A stretch of 64,000 nucleotides of DNA from Carcharhinus longimanus (lineage: Eukaryota), in the NCBI GenBank assembly GCA_030264375.1, contig JASCQW010000098.1, positions 56,706,785-56,770,784 of the forward strand, given 5' to 3'. Positions 35,110 to 48,719 of this stretch are shown piece after piece. A program made the translations under genes and the position numbers. The notes under the pieces are model-generated. The model searched no databases. It was not told the DNA's origin and worked only from the letters and a program-made list of their open reading frames with translations. Numbering within the stretch: position 1 is the stretch's first letter; every line of letters starts with the position of its first letter.

Positions 35110-35330
35110 TCATGGGATATGGGAGTTGCTGGGAAAGCCAATGGATCGTGCCCATCCGTAGTTGCTTTTGAAAAGACGGTGGGAGCTTTCTTCCTGAACT
35201 GCTGCAGTCCATATGGTGAAGATGTTGTCACAATTCTGTTAGGTAAGAAATTCTACGAGTTTGACCCAGCAATGATGAAGTTGTAGCAATTTATCCCCTG
35301 TGATCACATGAAGGACCTGGAGATGAAAAT
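35110..35330 (-). mobile_element. CR1 family 2 3' end
   Basis: TCATGGGATATGGG..GCCCATCC..CTTCCTGAACTGCTGCAGTCC, homologous to 1358-1540. Confidence 0.7.
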
Positions 35331-35625
35331 GATTTGAATGTTTACTGGGTCAGGTAGACAGCAAGGGAGGTGCAAAACTTCAAATGGGCATGTAGGTTCC
35401 CTGCATTCTCTGGAGTGTTAATTCCACTGTTATAACTTCTGGTTCTGACAGGGTGCCATTCAAAACTTAATCTGATTGACAGGCTTGACCTCTGATGGGG
35501 TTGGGAGCACTCCAGAGCAGACTGCATGTCTAGTGAGAATCAATTGTGAGATGGTGGGAATCTAATTTCACACTGGAGGGATGGGGGTTGGGGTATCTTA
35601 TTCTGCACAGCAGAGGTGTGGCAGA

Positions 35626-36010
35626 GGGCAGAATCTACCCTCCAGAGCCAGTTAAATTTATATTGGTGAGGGTGGGGGTGGGGATGTGATGGGGTGAGCT
35701 TCTCCTGGGGGGAGCTTCTCCTAACTTACACGTGGTGATGTAAAGACACTTTGTTGTCGGCGTTCCAATGCCCGTTCGACCACTATAAAATCTGGAATGC
35801 AGGTTAAATCCGAGGCTGACAGACTTATTAACATATTGAAAATGCCACCCGCCTCCTGGGAGCTGGTTGGCTTTTCATCTCTTATCCCTTTCAGTAGAAG
35901 CCAGACATCGGCTGGTTGGAGCCAATTTCCTGACACCCTTGGAATTTTTCCCAATTTAACCGCCCACCCGTTCCCAATCCCATGCTTTCATCCATGTTAA
36001 AATTCCTCCA
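35626..36010. mobile_element. Probable Harbinger-type MITE
   Basis: Starts GGGCAGAATCTACC and ends GTTAAAATTCCTCC; GC-rich interior. Confidence 0.45.
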
Positions 36011-37559
36011 CTCTGCACCTGCTGCTCTTGTGCTTCTTAGTTGTTGGCTGTTTTAAGATGCCAGGCTGCACTGTTTCAGCTAGTTGATTCTGTCGGTATT
36101 ATGTGCACAATGGAGGGGATCCCAAATCTTTGGATAGTTATCAAACTGTGCCTAAGCTTTCTGAATTTAACTAAGTGGCCATGCTCCTACAAAAGGGCCT
36201 TTACTCCACACCATGCAAACTGACAGCTCAGCTAGTGAATTTCTCAGTAAGTTAGGATGGAGATTTTTCAGAACAGCAACTGGTACATTATGTGGCAGGC
36301 ACACAGTTGACAAGAAGCGAAGTTATTTAATCCTGGCATACTCTCTGTTATTCATCTGAAGGAAAGTTCACTGATTTGTATCATTGCACTGTTAGACTGG
36401 TTTCTGATATCTATGCTTGCCAGCATACACTATAAACTAAAGAAGATCTTTATCTGGATTATTTTATATCGAACGACAAGTTTGCCACAATGAGTATGAA
36501 CCTTGTCTCTTGTGTGTCTGTGTAGCCCAAGTGTCTGTATAACCTAAATAATACAAGCATTAGACAGAAATGATCATGGTACAATGTAATAATTGCACAG
36601 CTGGGTGTAATTCCACGCTAGAAAAGAACAGTTTGCCTCAATACAGATACAGAAAGGCAAATAGTAACCTTATGATCTGCATGAAAATAAGTGGAAATGT
36701 GATGCACTGTCCAAATGAGCATGTTGCCAGCTCCACAAAGAGGCAGACAGATTCCTGAAATCAGTTCCATTTAATGTACGAGGGACAAAGCACAAGTGAG
36801 ATAATGGGTTACAGCCAAGTCTGTCATGCAGCAGCTGAAGGGAATCTAAATTTAAGGGAATCTAAACATCAGCCAGTAGCTTATAACTAAAATATTGTAG
36901 CTTCATGTGATCTCCTCTTAAAGCACTATCAGAAATGGCTGAAGATAAAGTGAGAAATCAGTTATATGCTCAAGGACAACACCAGTGGATTGTTTGAAGG
37001 TTGTTTTCACTGATTTGCACAACATTAATTTCCATTTGCAATTTCTCAAATAATGTCGGAGTCTGCACATTGACCCTGCAGGGGATGTGCATAGCATGGC
37101 CAAACAAACTATCAGTCTGGAAATCTTTCCACTACACGTAATGGCAGGTGGTAAAATGCAGGAGAGTTTATTGGTCAGCCATATTGCAGAAGGCAATTGC
37201 AAATCACTGCGGTACTACAGTGTTCAGAGAGTGTTGGCTGCAGAATGGTTTGTGGTAAAGGGGTCTTTGTAGTCTTCTTTGGGTTAACTGTAAGTCTTTA
37301 TTAACGACTAGAGCTATTTGCACATGTACAGTAAAGGGTTAGGATAGGTGTGATCTCCATGTTTAGATCTTTACACATCTCTGCTCAACATCTCGGATCA
37401 TGTGCCTTCATACATCAATATGTGGGCAATACTGTACTCAGTTCCACTTTAACCCTGTATGTGCCAGACATTTACACCACATGCAGTACTTCAGTACTTA
37501 GCTAAATATAATCATGGACCAATTCAATGAAACTCCATGGTCGTCAATGCCTTCTTCCA

Positions 37560-37865
37560 GGGATGGCACGGTGGCACAGTGGTTAGCACTGCTGCCTCAT
37601 AGCGCCAGGCATCCAGATTCGATTCCTGGCTTGGATCACTGTCTGCCCAGAGTCTGTATGTTCTCCCCGTGTCTGTGTGGGTTTCCTCCGGTGCTCCGGT
37701 TTCATCCCACAGTCTGAAAGACATGTTGGTTTGGTGTGTTTGCCATGCTCAATTCTCCCTCAGTGTACCCAAACCAGTGCCAGAGTGTGACGACTAAGGG
37801 ATTTTCACAGTAACTTCATTGCAGTGTTAATGTAAGCCTATTTGTGACACTAATAAATAAACTTA
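37560..37865 (+). mobile_element. HE1/V-SINE, tail type II
   Basis: Full-length head, V-domain and tail GTGACACTAATAAATAAAC. Confidence 0.9.
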
Positions 37866-38177
37866 ACATTGTACCTGAAGGAGGAAGAACTTTCTGGGCA
37901 ATATTAGCTTTCATTTGCCCTGCAGATTCTGAGTGTTTTGTGGCCAATGATATTTCTCAGGTATTCTCTATGTGTTAATTTGCTCTCTTCCATAACTGCT
38001 AGTTTGATGGTAACTGCTATGAAGATGTGTGCACAGTCCTATCAGTAACTGGTATATGTCTACACAGTCCTATCAGTAACTATTTTAGAGGATATAGACT
38101 CAACCCTTTCATTAACTAGTACAATTTATTGTTTCATTTGTTGCAGGGTTGACTTGGCCAAAACTCATTATTCTACC

Positions 38178-38520
38178 AGGCAGTGGCATAGTGGTATTGT
38201 CACTGGGCTGGTAATCCAGAGACCCAAAGTAATGATCTGGGGACCTTGGTTTGAATCTCACCATGGCAGATGGTGAAATTTGAATTCAATAAAAATCTCT
38301 AAATTAAGCTTCATGACAACCATGAAATCACTGTTGATTGTCGTAAATACCCAACTGCTTCACTAATGTCCTTTAGGGAAGGAAATCAGCCATCCTTACC
38401 CAATCTGGCCTAAATGTGATTCCAGACCCAAAGCATTGTCGTTGATTCTCAAATGCCCTCTGAAATTTAGGGCAGTTAGCCCTGCCAGTGATGCCCACAT
38501 CCCGTTAATGAATAAAAAAA
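38178..38520 (+). mobile_element. tRNA-headed SINE family 2
   Basis: GGCAGTGGCATAGTGGTA head; TTCACTAATGTCCTTTAGGGAAGGAAATC core; GCCCACATCCCGTTAATGAATAAAAAAA tail. Confidence 0.85.
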
Positions 38521-40576
38521 CAAAGGTGACATGCTTAAGTACACTAAATGATTGAGGGAATCTGTCTGCTTCTATATGGGAGGAGCAACAGTTTTTAAAT
38601 TAATACAATATGTTTAGAAATTTGGTTTTGGACAGCACAACATACATTTCCCCTTAATTTCTGTGTATCTTCCAAGCCAGTCCTGAGAGAGCCATGCAAA
38701 CATTGTCTGTATTGAATAAAAGATAATCACACAGGTTTATTAATAAATAGATGGAAAATGTCCAGGCTGCTCCATCGGGTCATTTTAGAAAGAATAATTC
38801 ATTAGAAATCGATGAATTGTGAAAAATGTAATCTAATTCATTTGAAACATAAACTTTGTTTGGAACAAATTGTTCATTTTTCTTCCTTGTGATATCGAAG
38901 TAGATGAAGTTTCTTCATTTTCTCATTTCATTTGGAGCACAAGAAACTGAAAGGAATAAAATAATTCAGTTGCCTTTAGTCCTGAAGTTGCCAAATATGT
39001 CCACACTTGAATATAACATTACTAAAACATTTGCTAAGGAAAAAAAGACAAATAGGCACTAAATTATTTTTGCGTATTTTGTGATGCTTTAATATTGAAA
39101 ATTCTATTTGCTTGGTTATTGCTGGGAGGTATCAATGCAAAATCAATAACCACACTGTGACCTTCATACTGGTACTGAAACGTAGGAATCATTTATTTTG
39201 ACAAACCTAAGACTTGACCCAATGATATACAGCATCAAAATCATTTTCATCAGTGTAGCTGGCTTTGCATCACGTGTGAAAATCCGAGTTCTTGGTAGCA
39301 TTCATTTGAATATTTTCCCCAAAGGCACCACCACTTGAGAGGTTAAATAGGAGGAAGAACATCTGGCAAAGTACTTTGTATCGCTCCAGAGTTGGAATTT
39401 TCTGTTTCTCCAAGGGAAGATTCATGGGTTTGCACATAAAATTTCCATATGGTTGGATCCTTACCTCAGTTGTGCCAATAAGAGACATCAGGTGGATCCA
39501 GTCAACTGCCAAATTGGTGCAGCAAGTTTATTTATTGAGACTCTGAGCCCAATGGATAAGGACGGTTCCAAGTTTGATTCATGTGATGAGTAACAGCAAT
39601 CTCAGCTAGAATGACTAAGGATTGAACAATTGACCTGTGCATTGCCTGTTGGGCAAGGGGTTGAGGAGTTGCAAAATTGGCAATTCCTGATTGCTATTAA
39701 TTGACCTCTAGTGATTGTACTTTGGTCAGGACAGAAGCTGTGGTCAACTTGTTTGCACACAGGAAGCTGTCACAAAAACATTCTACAATTTCATCTGCCA
39801 GATTATGCCCCAACAAGTAAGGGAGTCATAAAATCGGTAAGGAAGAGAAAAATAAATCAAGTGGCGGCTGGTCAGGGAATATCTGTAAGAGTCCACTTGG
39901 ACAGCTGGCTTTGCCAAGATAAAGACAGGGGATGGAATTTAATGCCCTTCCCCATGGCAAGTTTGGTGCCAGGTCCATTTATTAATGCAGGAGGCTGGCA
40001 GTTGGGGACCTCACCCCAGATCCCGTCTGCCCTGTTTAAGTCCATGGTGGGAAGATCCATGGACAGCCTTCCCAGCTCACTGCCAATTAAAGATCACTTA
40101 AGGGCCACGTTCTGTCAACATTTGGGATGGTCTAGGACAAAGGGGCATCACCAAAAAACAAGAGCGAGAGAGAGGGAGATCTGCCACAGAGGTCTGCATA
40201 TGTGTAATAGCTTCCTCTGCTGCAAGAACAAGCTGGCTGGTGAATTAAGCCTCACCCACTATCTCTAATGACTGGAAACAGCCTTGCCTGTTTTTTTTCA
40301 TGTTGTAAGTGCATAAGATTGGATGTAAAGACTCACCCAGAAAATGGAGCTGAAACTCTCCTGATTTCACGCTAGCAGGACACTTTGGATTTTTCTCATA
40401 AAATCCAGCCCATGTGTTTTGCATGCATACTGCTGGCACTTAGAATTTTAATTATAATCCTGTGGGAAAGGGTAAGAGGAGAAAATGCGGAAATGCCTCA
40501 GTCCTTGTTGAAGTGTTGGGAAAGACATGCAAATCACAAAATCTCAACCCTATCTTTATTGCTGAGATGTCTGCCT

Positions 40577-41609
40577 CATCACAACTGTTTTCTCAGTGCA
40601 ACTTCAGACCCAAACCTCCCCACTCTGTGCAATGCGGAGGTCACAATCATGAATATCATTAAAAACCCGGGGGATGGGACCTATCCATGCCAGAATCTGA
40701 CAGTTCCAGAACTCTGCGCATGCGCAGTGGCTCTGATCTGTCAGTCTCCTCATTTGCGGGCTAGCTCAATCAGTGGCCAACCCGGGAGATCCGTAATGCT
40801 GCCCCTCCAGCAGCCCCCATGGCCCAATTGTGGGCCTCATGAGAATTCCCGGGCCAGCCCCTCCCCTGCTACCCCCCACCTCCCACCCCCCCCCCAGGGT
40901 CATACCCCCCTNNNNNNNNNNNNNNNNNNNNNNNNNNNNNNNNNNNNNNNNNNNNNNNNNNNNNNNNNNNNNNNNNNNNNNNNNNNNNNNNNNNNNNNNN
41001 NNNNNNNNNNNNNNNNNNNNNNNNNNCCCAGATTGATGCAGAGTGGCAGCAGCACCCTCCAACCTCACCAATCGCCCCTACGCCCTGCCCCCTTTGCCCC
41101 ATCCCCTTCGCACTCCCCATTGCTTGGTGGGCTGTGCCAAGGTGCCCCCTGGGCATGAGCACTTTGCTCCTTGCACAGGCTGGCACTGCCAGGGTGCCCA
41201 TGCCCAGGGGGCATCATCCCCACCACCCAACCCCCTGGAGGACACCAATTGCCCCCACTTCACTCCAGCAGGGTCTCTCACTAGCTCCCTGAACGTGGGG
41301 AGTTACTCTATACCCTTCCAGAGTGAAGTACTCCTGGCGGGGTGGGAGATGTTATTGGGCCCAGCTAGTTCCATGCCAGGCTCAATAACCACATGTAAAA
41401 TAGATTTAAAATACTTTTAAAAAAGATTTAAATCACTTAGCTGTCTTCCTGCCAGTTTCCAGCGCAGTTCCGACTACAACTGTTCCCTGGCTCTGAGGGA
41501 TGCGTTTGCATCAGGAATGCATATGCAAATCCTGTGAAATGGCCAACACGTGATTCTCCCAATCGGACTTGCCAGAAAATCTGTGGGTCATGGTGGGAGA
41601 ATCGCCCCC
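40577..41609. mobile_element. Harbinger-type element (20030 family), left TIR missing
   Basis: Colinear with 20078-21351; right TIR GTGGGAGAATCGCCCCC. Confidence 0.8.
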
Positions 41610-41698
41610 TCAGTTTCTATCTTCATATGGAATGGGAATTAGTTCTCTTCTAATTAATTATCAAAATTTGGTGCCAACTGATCCCTCACTTGGCTTGA

Positions 41699-42000
41699 GA
41701 GTGGCAGAGTGGTTAACAGTGCTGCCTCACAGCGCCAGGGACCTGGGTTCGATTTCTAGCTTGGACCAGTGTTTGTGCGGAATCTGTATGTTCTCCCCAT
41801 GTCTGCATGGGTTTCCTCCGAGTGCTCTGGTATCCTCCCACAGTCCGAAAGACGTGCTGGTTAGGTACATCCAGCCGTGCTAAGTTCCCCTTCAGTGTAC
41901 CCGAACAGGCACCAGAGTGTGGCGACAAGGAGATTTTCACAGTAACTTCATTGCAGTGTTAATGTAAGCCTACTAGTGACACTAATAAGCAAACTAAACC
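41699..42000 (+). mobile_element. HE1/V-SINE, tail type II
   Basis: Head, V-domain and type II tail. Confidence 0.9.
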
Positions 42001-43253
42001 TTACTCTATTGTTCTCAACCTAGCCTCAATTTTGCATGATAGACCTTAGAGCTTTTACTTTGGTTTCTCGATTTCTTTTTTCTTGAATCAAGTTATTTTT
42101 TAACCTTTACTATGAATCTGAAGATATCTTTATTCCCTGCCCCAACTAGCTATGACTGTTTTTCATTGACATGTATTTTCTGTAATCATGTCAGTTGTTT
42201 GCTTTGTCACACCCCTCGCCCACCTTACTCACCTCTCATCTTTTGGTCAGTGATGTATAGCTCTCAAGTGTTGCAATCTTTCTCAGATATTTTAATGGGA
42301 GTAGTCTGCGCTTACTTCCATTGTGAACTACAAAGGTCCCTGTTGTGCAGTTATTTTATGATGGGAGAGGTTCTCTAACTACAGTAATGAATTGTCTCAT
42401 GATTTAGGCAGTCAGTAACTAAACTTTATACTTTTTTATCTTGTGATGTCTCCTATTAAATATCCATTGCTAAAATAACAAGCTCACAGTAAAAACCTGA
42501 GAAAGACTGATGTTTCAATTGAATTCAGCAGTTGCCAATTTATTTATAATCCATTTCCTACTGGGCTTTGTGTTATTGTTTTTTGTGTGTGTGTTTTGTT
42601 TTGTAAACAGTCTGGATCATTTCTGAGGTTGGACCATTTAGAAAGTCAAATAAAAAGTTTCCCCACATAACGTGGCAAAAGTCCTGCCAACAATAGTTCT
42701 TAACAAGTACTGTTCTTCAGAATCGTTGGCTCACTTGCTCCTAATGAATGAATGTAAGGAATAAATGATACAAAACGGCAGTTACTAAAAACATATCTTA
42801 CTAATACAGCTATCATCAATTGCCATAGCAACATCACAGCGAACCAGATTATATGGTTGCACTAAAAGAAAAAATGTTGCTATCGATTTGGGAATCAACT
42901 TCCACTTATAACTTAAATTAAATCAATCAGAACATGACTTTGATGGAAACCTGGTGTTAAAATATTTAAGAGATAGCTTTCCAACCTGAGGGAGTTGCCC
43001 ATTCTGTTATTCTTTCAGTATAGGGGGTCTGAAGTACAAGGAGGTTAAGCACTCTGGACTNNNNNNNNNNNNNNNNNNNNNNNNNNNNNNNNNNNGTCAA
43101 TTTGAGTGCCTGCAATCTGTGTTACTCATGTTGTCTCGCCATCATCACTCAAGTTTCATCAGTTAATTGAAGCAGAGTAGTTGGGTCACAGAAATGTTTC
43201 CAATAGCCATTTAAAATATCTGTTAATTTGTACGCATTGTATGGAAACAAGGC

Positions 43254-43301
43254 TTCTTACCTTGTTTACCCCAGTCCAACGCCGGCATCTCCATATCATA
43301 A
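43254..43301 (+). mobile_element. 48-bp Penelope-like family B terminus
   Basis: ACCCCAGTCCAACGCCGGCATCTCCATATCAT flanked by 9-bp TSD AAACAAGGC (43245, 43302). Confidence 0.8.
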
Positions 43302-43599
43302 AAACAAGGCACCAGGCAAATGGTGGTATTTGCTTTTAATTCAGGGTGGATTTTAGCCTGATGGAAACAGCAGGTATCCACAGTAGCGACAACTGCCAGA
43401 GCTTATATTAATATGTTGTCAGCGTACTTCCTGTTAGAATTGAATACTGCTCACAGGTAAAGATCAACAAATCTCCAGAGGAAGGTTGTTAGAGGTGCTT
43501 ATGGGAGGAAAGAGCTCAGGGCAGAGGAGGAATTTTACTTTGAATTCTGCAATAAACTATGTTTCTCTCCAGTTGGGCTTTCTGAGCCATTACAATTGT

Positions 43600-43755
43600 G
43601 CTTTTCGCAGAATGTGGACATTGCTTGCAAGGCCAGCTGATTCCTAATTGTCCCTCCAGATTTATTAACTAAATTGAAATTCTAAAGCTGCCATGGGGGA
43701 ATTTGAACCTTTGTCCCAAGAGCATTAGCCTGGGCAACATGACCACTACATCATC
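43600..43755 (-). mobile_element. SINE family 2, internally deleted
   Basis: Antisense tail GAATGTGGACATTGCTTGCAAGGCCAGC and head GAATTTGAACC..CATTAGCCTGGG. Confidence 0.55.
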
Positions 43756-44943
43756 ATTTCCCCATGTGCAGTACCACCACTGGAAGCATAATACAAGACA
43801 AGCTAGTTAACAGAACAAAACACGAGTGTGAAAGCAAGGTAGAGCAGATGACAGGGGTAAGGGAATGAATGACCTGCCAATGAGTGGGCGCAGACAGTAA
43901 ATGTGGAAACATTACTACTTGCATACAATGGGAAATTTTCATACACTGATCCCATCCGTGCCCGCCCGTTGCCAACAAGAACCGAGAATTTGCTGCTCAG
44001 CCAAAACTCCATTCGCTGCCACGACACCGGAGAATCCCAGCCACGGATGAGGGCAGAGGTCTTGGCAATTGTCTCTGTGAAGCAAAGGAGATGGGCTGCA
44101 GTGAGGATCATTGAGTCCTGGGCCCTGCAAGGGTACATGGAAAACGTCTGAGAACAGAGTAGAAAACAAGTCTAAACCTTCTAGCTAGCAGAAAGTTGGT
44201 GGACATATTAAAGAACAGGGTGGATTTTTCTTTTGCATGGAATAAATTTTGTTGGCATTTTTCTGTTCATTTTAGGATAAATATTATTTCTTAACATTTT
44301 GGAAGGTAGGTGGAAAACAAGGGTGCCTGCTCAATAGGCTGAAAAACCATAACCTCAATGTTTGCAGACAACACTGAGTTGGTATTGTTAAATCAAGGAG
44401 AACTGTGACAAAATGCAGGAAGGATAAACCTGCAGAAATGGTGTGTAGTTGACAAAAGAATTTCAGTATCAGTAGATGTATGGTGGTGTGCTTTAACAGC
44501 AAAATAAGAAGGCCACATACTGCTTGGAAAATAAATGTCAAAATGGAGTAGAAAAGAAAGAGTTTGGGGCTACAAATAAATAAGTTACTAAAATCATGGA
44601 TGCAGGTTCATAAGTCAGTTTTCAAGAACTGATTAATGCACTAGCATTCATTTCTAAAGGAATGGAACTGTGAAAGGCAGAAGTTATGTTAAACTTGTTC
44701 AGAACCATAGTTAGTCCATGCTATGAACAAGTCTCGACTCCATATTAGAAAAAGGATATGGAGAAGACACAGGAAAGGATTTACTAGACTTGCACCAAAA
44801 TCAAGATGTTATACCTCTATCAGGAAAGATTAAACAGTTTGTGGCACTTTTTTCTAGAAAGGACATGATAGAAATCTTTATTATTATGAGCCGGTTTGAT
44901 AGGATTAACTTGAAGAACACGTTTCCGCTTGTGGGGAGACTAT

Positions 44944-46593
44944 AGGCCAGATTTTTATTGGATCAGGAAGACTCTGCAAACCTTTAAAAATAGCAGGTGG
45001 GGCCTGGATGCCAAAGTCCTGCCTTCGTTCTGACAGACCTAAGTTTGCTGTTGGGGAAAGGAATGCATCAGGAATGGGACCAAGTTCTCACAATTGGGAA
45101 ATCTGAACACAGCAAAGCCATTTTAACTCAATCTTGAACTCCAACACATCCCATTTTAGCTGTTGCAAGGGCCTTAACCTGCAGTGTAAGAGCCACAATT
45201 GATGCAGTACACATAAACACTCTTGGAGGATGTCTATGCTAGGTGCCTCCACTGATAATGTCTATATAATCACTGTTATCTAATGTTATTTAAATGCCCT
45301 GCTTTGTAATGTTAATAAATACAAGCTGCAGTTGTCGCTGAGTTTATAAAAGAAGGTCCTTCTGGTGCACTGCTTTAATTGACAGTCCAATTGCTGTAAG
45401 TTAGAAGAAAACACAAGCATCTCATTGTACAATTTGAATTGTTCCTTGTTGATATTTCCTCAAGAGCTATTATCATGTCTTCACGAATGCTTGAAAAGCT
45501 ATAATTATCTCAGCAAAAAATTCTGAATTCAGATATTGACAGTTTAAAGAAGCCATTAAAGGATTAGCTGTCATTGATATGGGATGTGAAGAAGTTTATT
45601 CATTTTTATAACAGATTAAACTGCTGGAGTTTTAAATGGGTTCTATGAATGGGAGTTTTTCCACTATCTAATATGCATGAACGATTACTGTTTTAGATTG
45701 CTGGAAGTACAATGTCACATGGCTCCTGGAGTCTGGCCATGGTGGATACTGACTGAGTGGCTAAGGAAATGCCATATATGGTACAAGTAGCCATGGGGTT
45801 GGTTAGGGGCATTGAGTTGATATGGAAGGTATAAAGGATGTTGGGTGTTTGTTGGTAGGCATGATCCAATAGCACAGTAGTTGGCACTGCTGCCTCACAG
45901 CGTTATGGGCATGGGATCAATTCCAGCCTTGGGTGACTGTGTTGCTTTCACACATTCTCTCTGTGGCTGTGTGTGTTTCCTCCAGTTGCTCTGATCTCCT
46001 CCCACAGTCCAAAGATGTGCATGTTAAGGATTGGCCATGCTAAATTGCCCCTTCGTGTTCAGGGATGCATTGCTTGGGTGCATTAGCCGTGGTAAATGTG
46101 CAGGTTTGTTAGGATAGGATGGAGGGGAGGGCCAGGATGGGATACTCTTTCAGAGAGTCACTGTGCTCCAGATGGGCTGAATGGCCTGTTTCTGCACTGT
46201 AAGGTTCTATGGTTCATGATTGGGCATGGAGGGTCTGAGGTACCATGGGATGGTGAACTGGGGTACATAAGCTAATGTTGAGTTGGCATGGAGGGTATGA
46301 ATGTCTGTTGGGGGTGTGGGTGAGCAGTTGTGAGGTGTGGAAGCTAGAGGATCTAACAGTTTTTGAAAGAACTGGGATAATGTCCCAGAGAAACAAGGCA
46401 GGCCTTCTGAACTGCCCGCTTTGCCACTCATGCTCTGCTTCTGGGATCAGAGATGCCATGTCCATCTTGAACTCACACACCACATTCCCTTGCACAGAGG
46501 AAAATAGTCATTCGATTCAGAGCACATTTTAACTAAGGCAAGTCTGGCAAGTCAAAAAATGAGCCAGCAGTTTCAGCAGTGAAAATCCAGCCC
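44944..46593. mobile_element. Harbinger-type non-autonomous element
   Basis: AGGCCAGATTTT / AAAATCCAGCCC, TSD TAT; interrupts CR1. Confidence 0.7.
45870..46212 (+). mobile_element. HE1/V-SINE, tail type I, nested
   Basis: Head, V-domain, GATGGGCTGAATGGCC..CTGTAAGGTTCTATG. Confidence 0.85.
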
Positions 46594-47394
46594 TATATTT
46601 AAGGGTCATGAATAGAAGATGCACATTCATAAATTCAACAGGAGTTCAGGACAATATCCTTACCTGGAGAGCAGTTAGAGTATGAAACTCATTACCATAA
46701 GAAACAGTGGAGGCATCCAGCATAGATGCACTTAAGTGAAATCTAGATAAGCACTTGATGAAGAAAAGAGTAGGATTCATTGATAGTTCTGATGAAGAAT
46801 GGTGAATGCATTTAGGGCAAATCAGTGACATGGATCCAGTGGGCAGAACAGCTTGTTTCTGTATTATAAATGCTATCTAATATTGTGTGAAATATGTTAC
46901 GATGGTGTGATTGGATATTATTTTCTGAGACAAATTAGTGGGATTTTCCTATGGGCTTTGGACTGTAATGACAGAAGAAAACAGCGATCCCAAGTCCAGC
47001 CACCTGGGAGCTAGACTGACAGAGCTACATCCCTTCAAGTAGCCTCCCTTAATTGGGTGACAAACAAGCTTCAGAAGCTGCCAATCCAACTAGAGGCTCA
47101 ACAGTAGTAGGGCATTAGCAGCCATATAAGGAGAGGTGGGAGCTTCTGAGACAGGTCCAAGAATGAGAGTGAACTTTGTGCTGAAAAATTGGTCCCAATC
47201 CCAACCTGATGCAGCTTCCCACTATTTTCCGATTTCTACTCCTGCCACCATGGGAAAACATAGGTCACTGTGTACTTTTGAGTGCCTAATTAATTTCTGA
47301 AGCTTTAACTTTCATGTTCACTAAAGATGAGTCCTAAGTATTGACAATGGGGACTTTTCTAGCATTTTCAAATCTTTTCTATTCCCAATTCAAT

Positions 47395-47551
47395 TCTCTA
47401 TAGACGGTTGCATGGATAAGATGGGTATAGAGGGCTATGGGCCAAATGCGGGCAATTGTGATTAGCTTAGGGGTTTTAAAAAAAGGGTGGCATGGACATG
47501 TTGGGACAAAGGGCTTGTTTCCATGCTGTAAACCTTTATGACTCTGTGACT
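47395..47551 (+). mobile_element. CR1 3' tail
   Basis: Homologous to 28640-28780; ends TATGACTCTGTGACTC. Confidence 0.8.
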
Positions 47552-48368
47552 CCAACTTTCTTGATTCAATGAGCATAATTAGCATATTTTTTGAAGGAAA
47601 AGTGATATTGTGCAAAAATGTGCTGTGCTGCAGAGTTTAATTGCAAACAGACTCAGACCAACGACAATCCTTGTCTAAGAACACCACTGTAATCAGTTTA
47701 ATCTTCCCTATTTGTTGATGTTATCAATATCTAATAATCAGGTTCAACAGCAATAAATATGATGGGTATGCTTGAGTCTAATCAGTTTAATATGGAATAA
47801 AACACACTAGCTATGCAGCAAAGACACAACCATGACAAGTAGCGAGAATCTGTCCAGTTGGCAGGAGAGAACTGACATGCACCAATAGCTTTCTTTCTCT
47901 TCTTTCTCTCTCAGTGCCTCATGTCTTCATGAATTCTACAACTACCCAAGAGGTTTGGGTCGACCCTCAGGAGAGGTTTTCCACTGTCTACTGCACTGAG
48001 GCCTCCTGAAATCTCTTACCTTATACTCTTTCTCCAGGTAGACCTGAATAGATTATTGGCAACTACCCAATAATTAATTAGGTCTTTGTTCAAACACTAG
48101 GGTGAAAACCCACTTTGAATGTCTCCATCTGACATTACATTCCTGAGCCTTTACATATACTTTTGGCCCTTGATCAATCCAGCCTTGCATCATCCTCTTC
48201 TCAACTCACCCTAGGCTGTCGCTATGACTGGATTTATAACTCCCTTCCATCTCATCTCTGGAATAATTTAAGTAGCTCCATTCTTTGCATTGACCTGTTA
48301 ATGAGATATTCAAAACAGCCCTCCAGTCTAAGTGGTGTAATTCCTCATCAGACTATTGAATCATAGTT

Positions 48369-48719
48369 ACAAAAACAGAAAATGCTGGAAAATCTCAGCA
48401 GGTCTGACAGCATCTGTGGAGAGAGAATAGAGCTAATATTGGAGCATGCATTGTCAATGTTNNNNNNNNNNNNNNNNNNNNNNNNNNNNNNNNNNNNNNN
48501 NNNNNNNNNNNNNNNNNNNNNNNNNNNNNNNNNNNNNNNNNNNNNNNNNNNNNNNNNNNNNGTTTCAAGTCTAGATGACACTTTGCCAGAGCTTTGATGA
48601 CGAGTCATCCAGACCTGAAATCTTGACTCTATTCTCTCTCCACAGTTGCTGTCAGACCTGCTGAGATTTCCCAGCATTTTCCATGTTTATTTTAGATTCC
48701 ACAGTATTTTGCTTTTATC
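48369..48719. mobile_element. Penelope-like family A palindromic insertion (gap inside)
   Basis: Inverted arms around AGAGCT; decayed hammerhead TTGATGAcgagtc-atcca-gacctGAAA; flanking CTATTGAATC at 48353 and 48720. Confidence 0.8.

Larger units (their letters stand above)
44230..46880 (+). mobile_element. CR1 LINE 3' half split by a 1.65-kb insertion
   Basis: MFADNTEL..; TTTCCGCTTGTGGGGAGAC (44940) resumes at 46597 as ..AAGGGTCATGAATAGAAG..GGGCAGAACAGCTTGTTTCTG. Confidence 0.75.

Noticed and set aside
38032-38081. 19-bp direct repeat CACAGTCCTATCAGTAACT (also a 13-bp repeat at ~36838)
   Set aside because: Ordinary local micro-duplications with no further structure
39711-41158. 185-aa and 257-aa ORFs
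   Set aside because: They cross MITE/SINE-derived sequence and a gap; no recognisable domain
47885-47955. Plus-strand exon after a polypyrimidine tract (..TCTCTCAG)
   Set aside because: Weak donor, no recognisable peptide, and no partner exons
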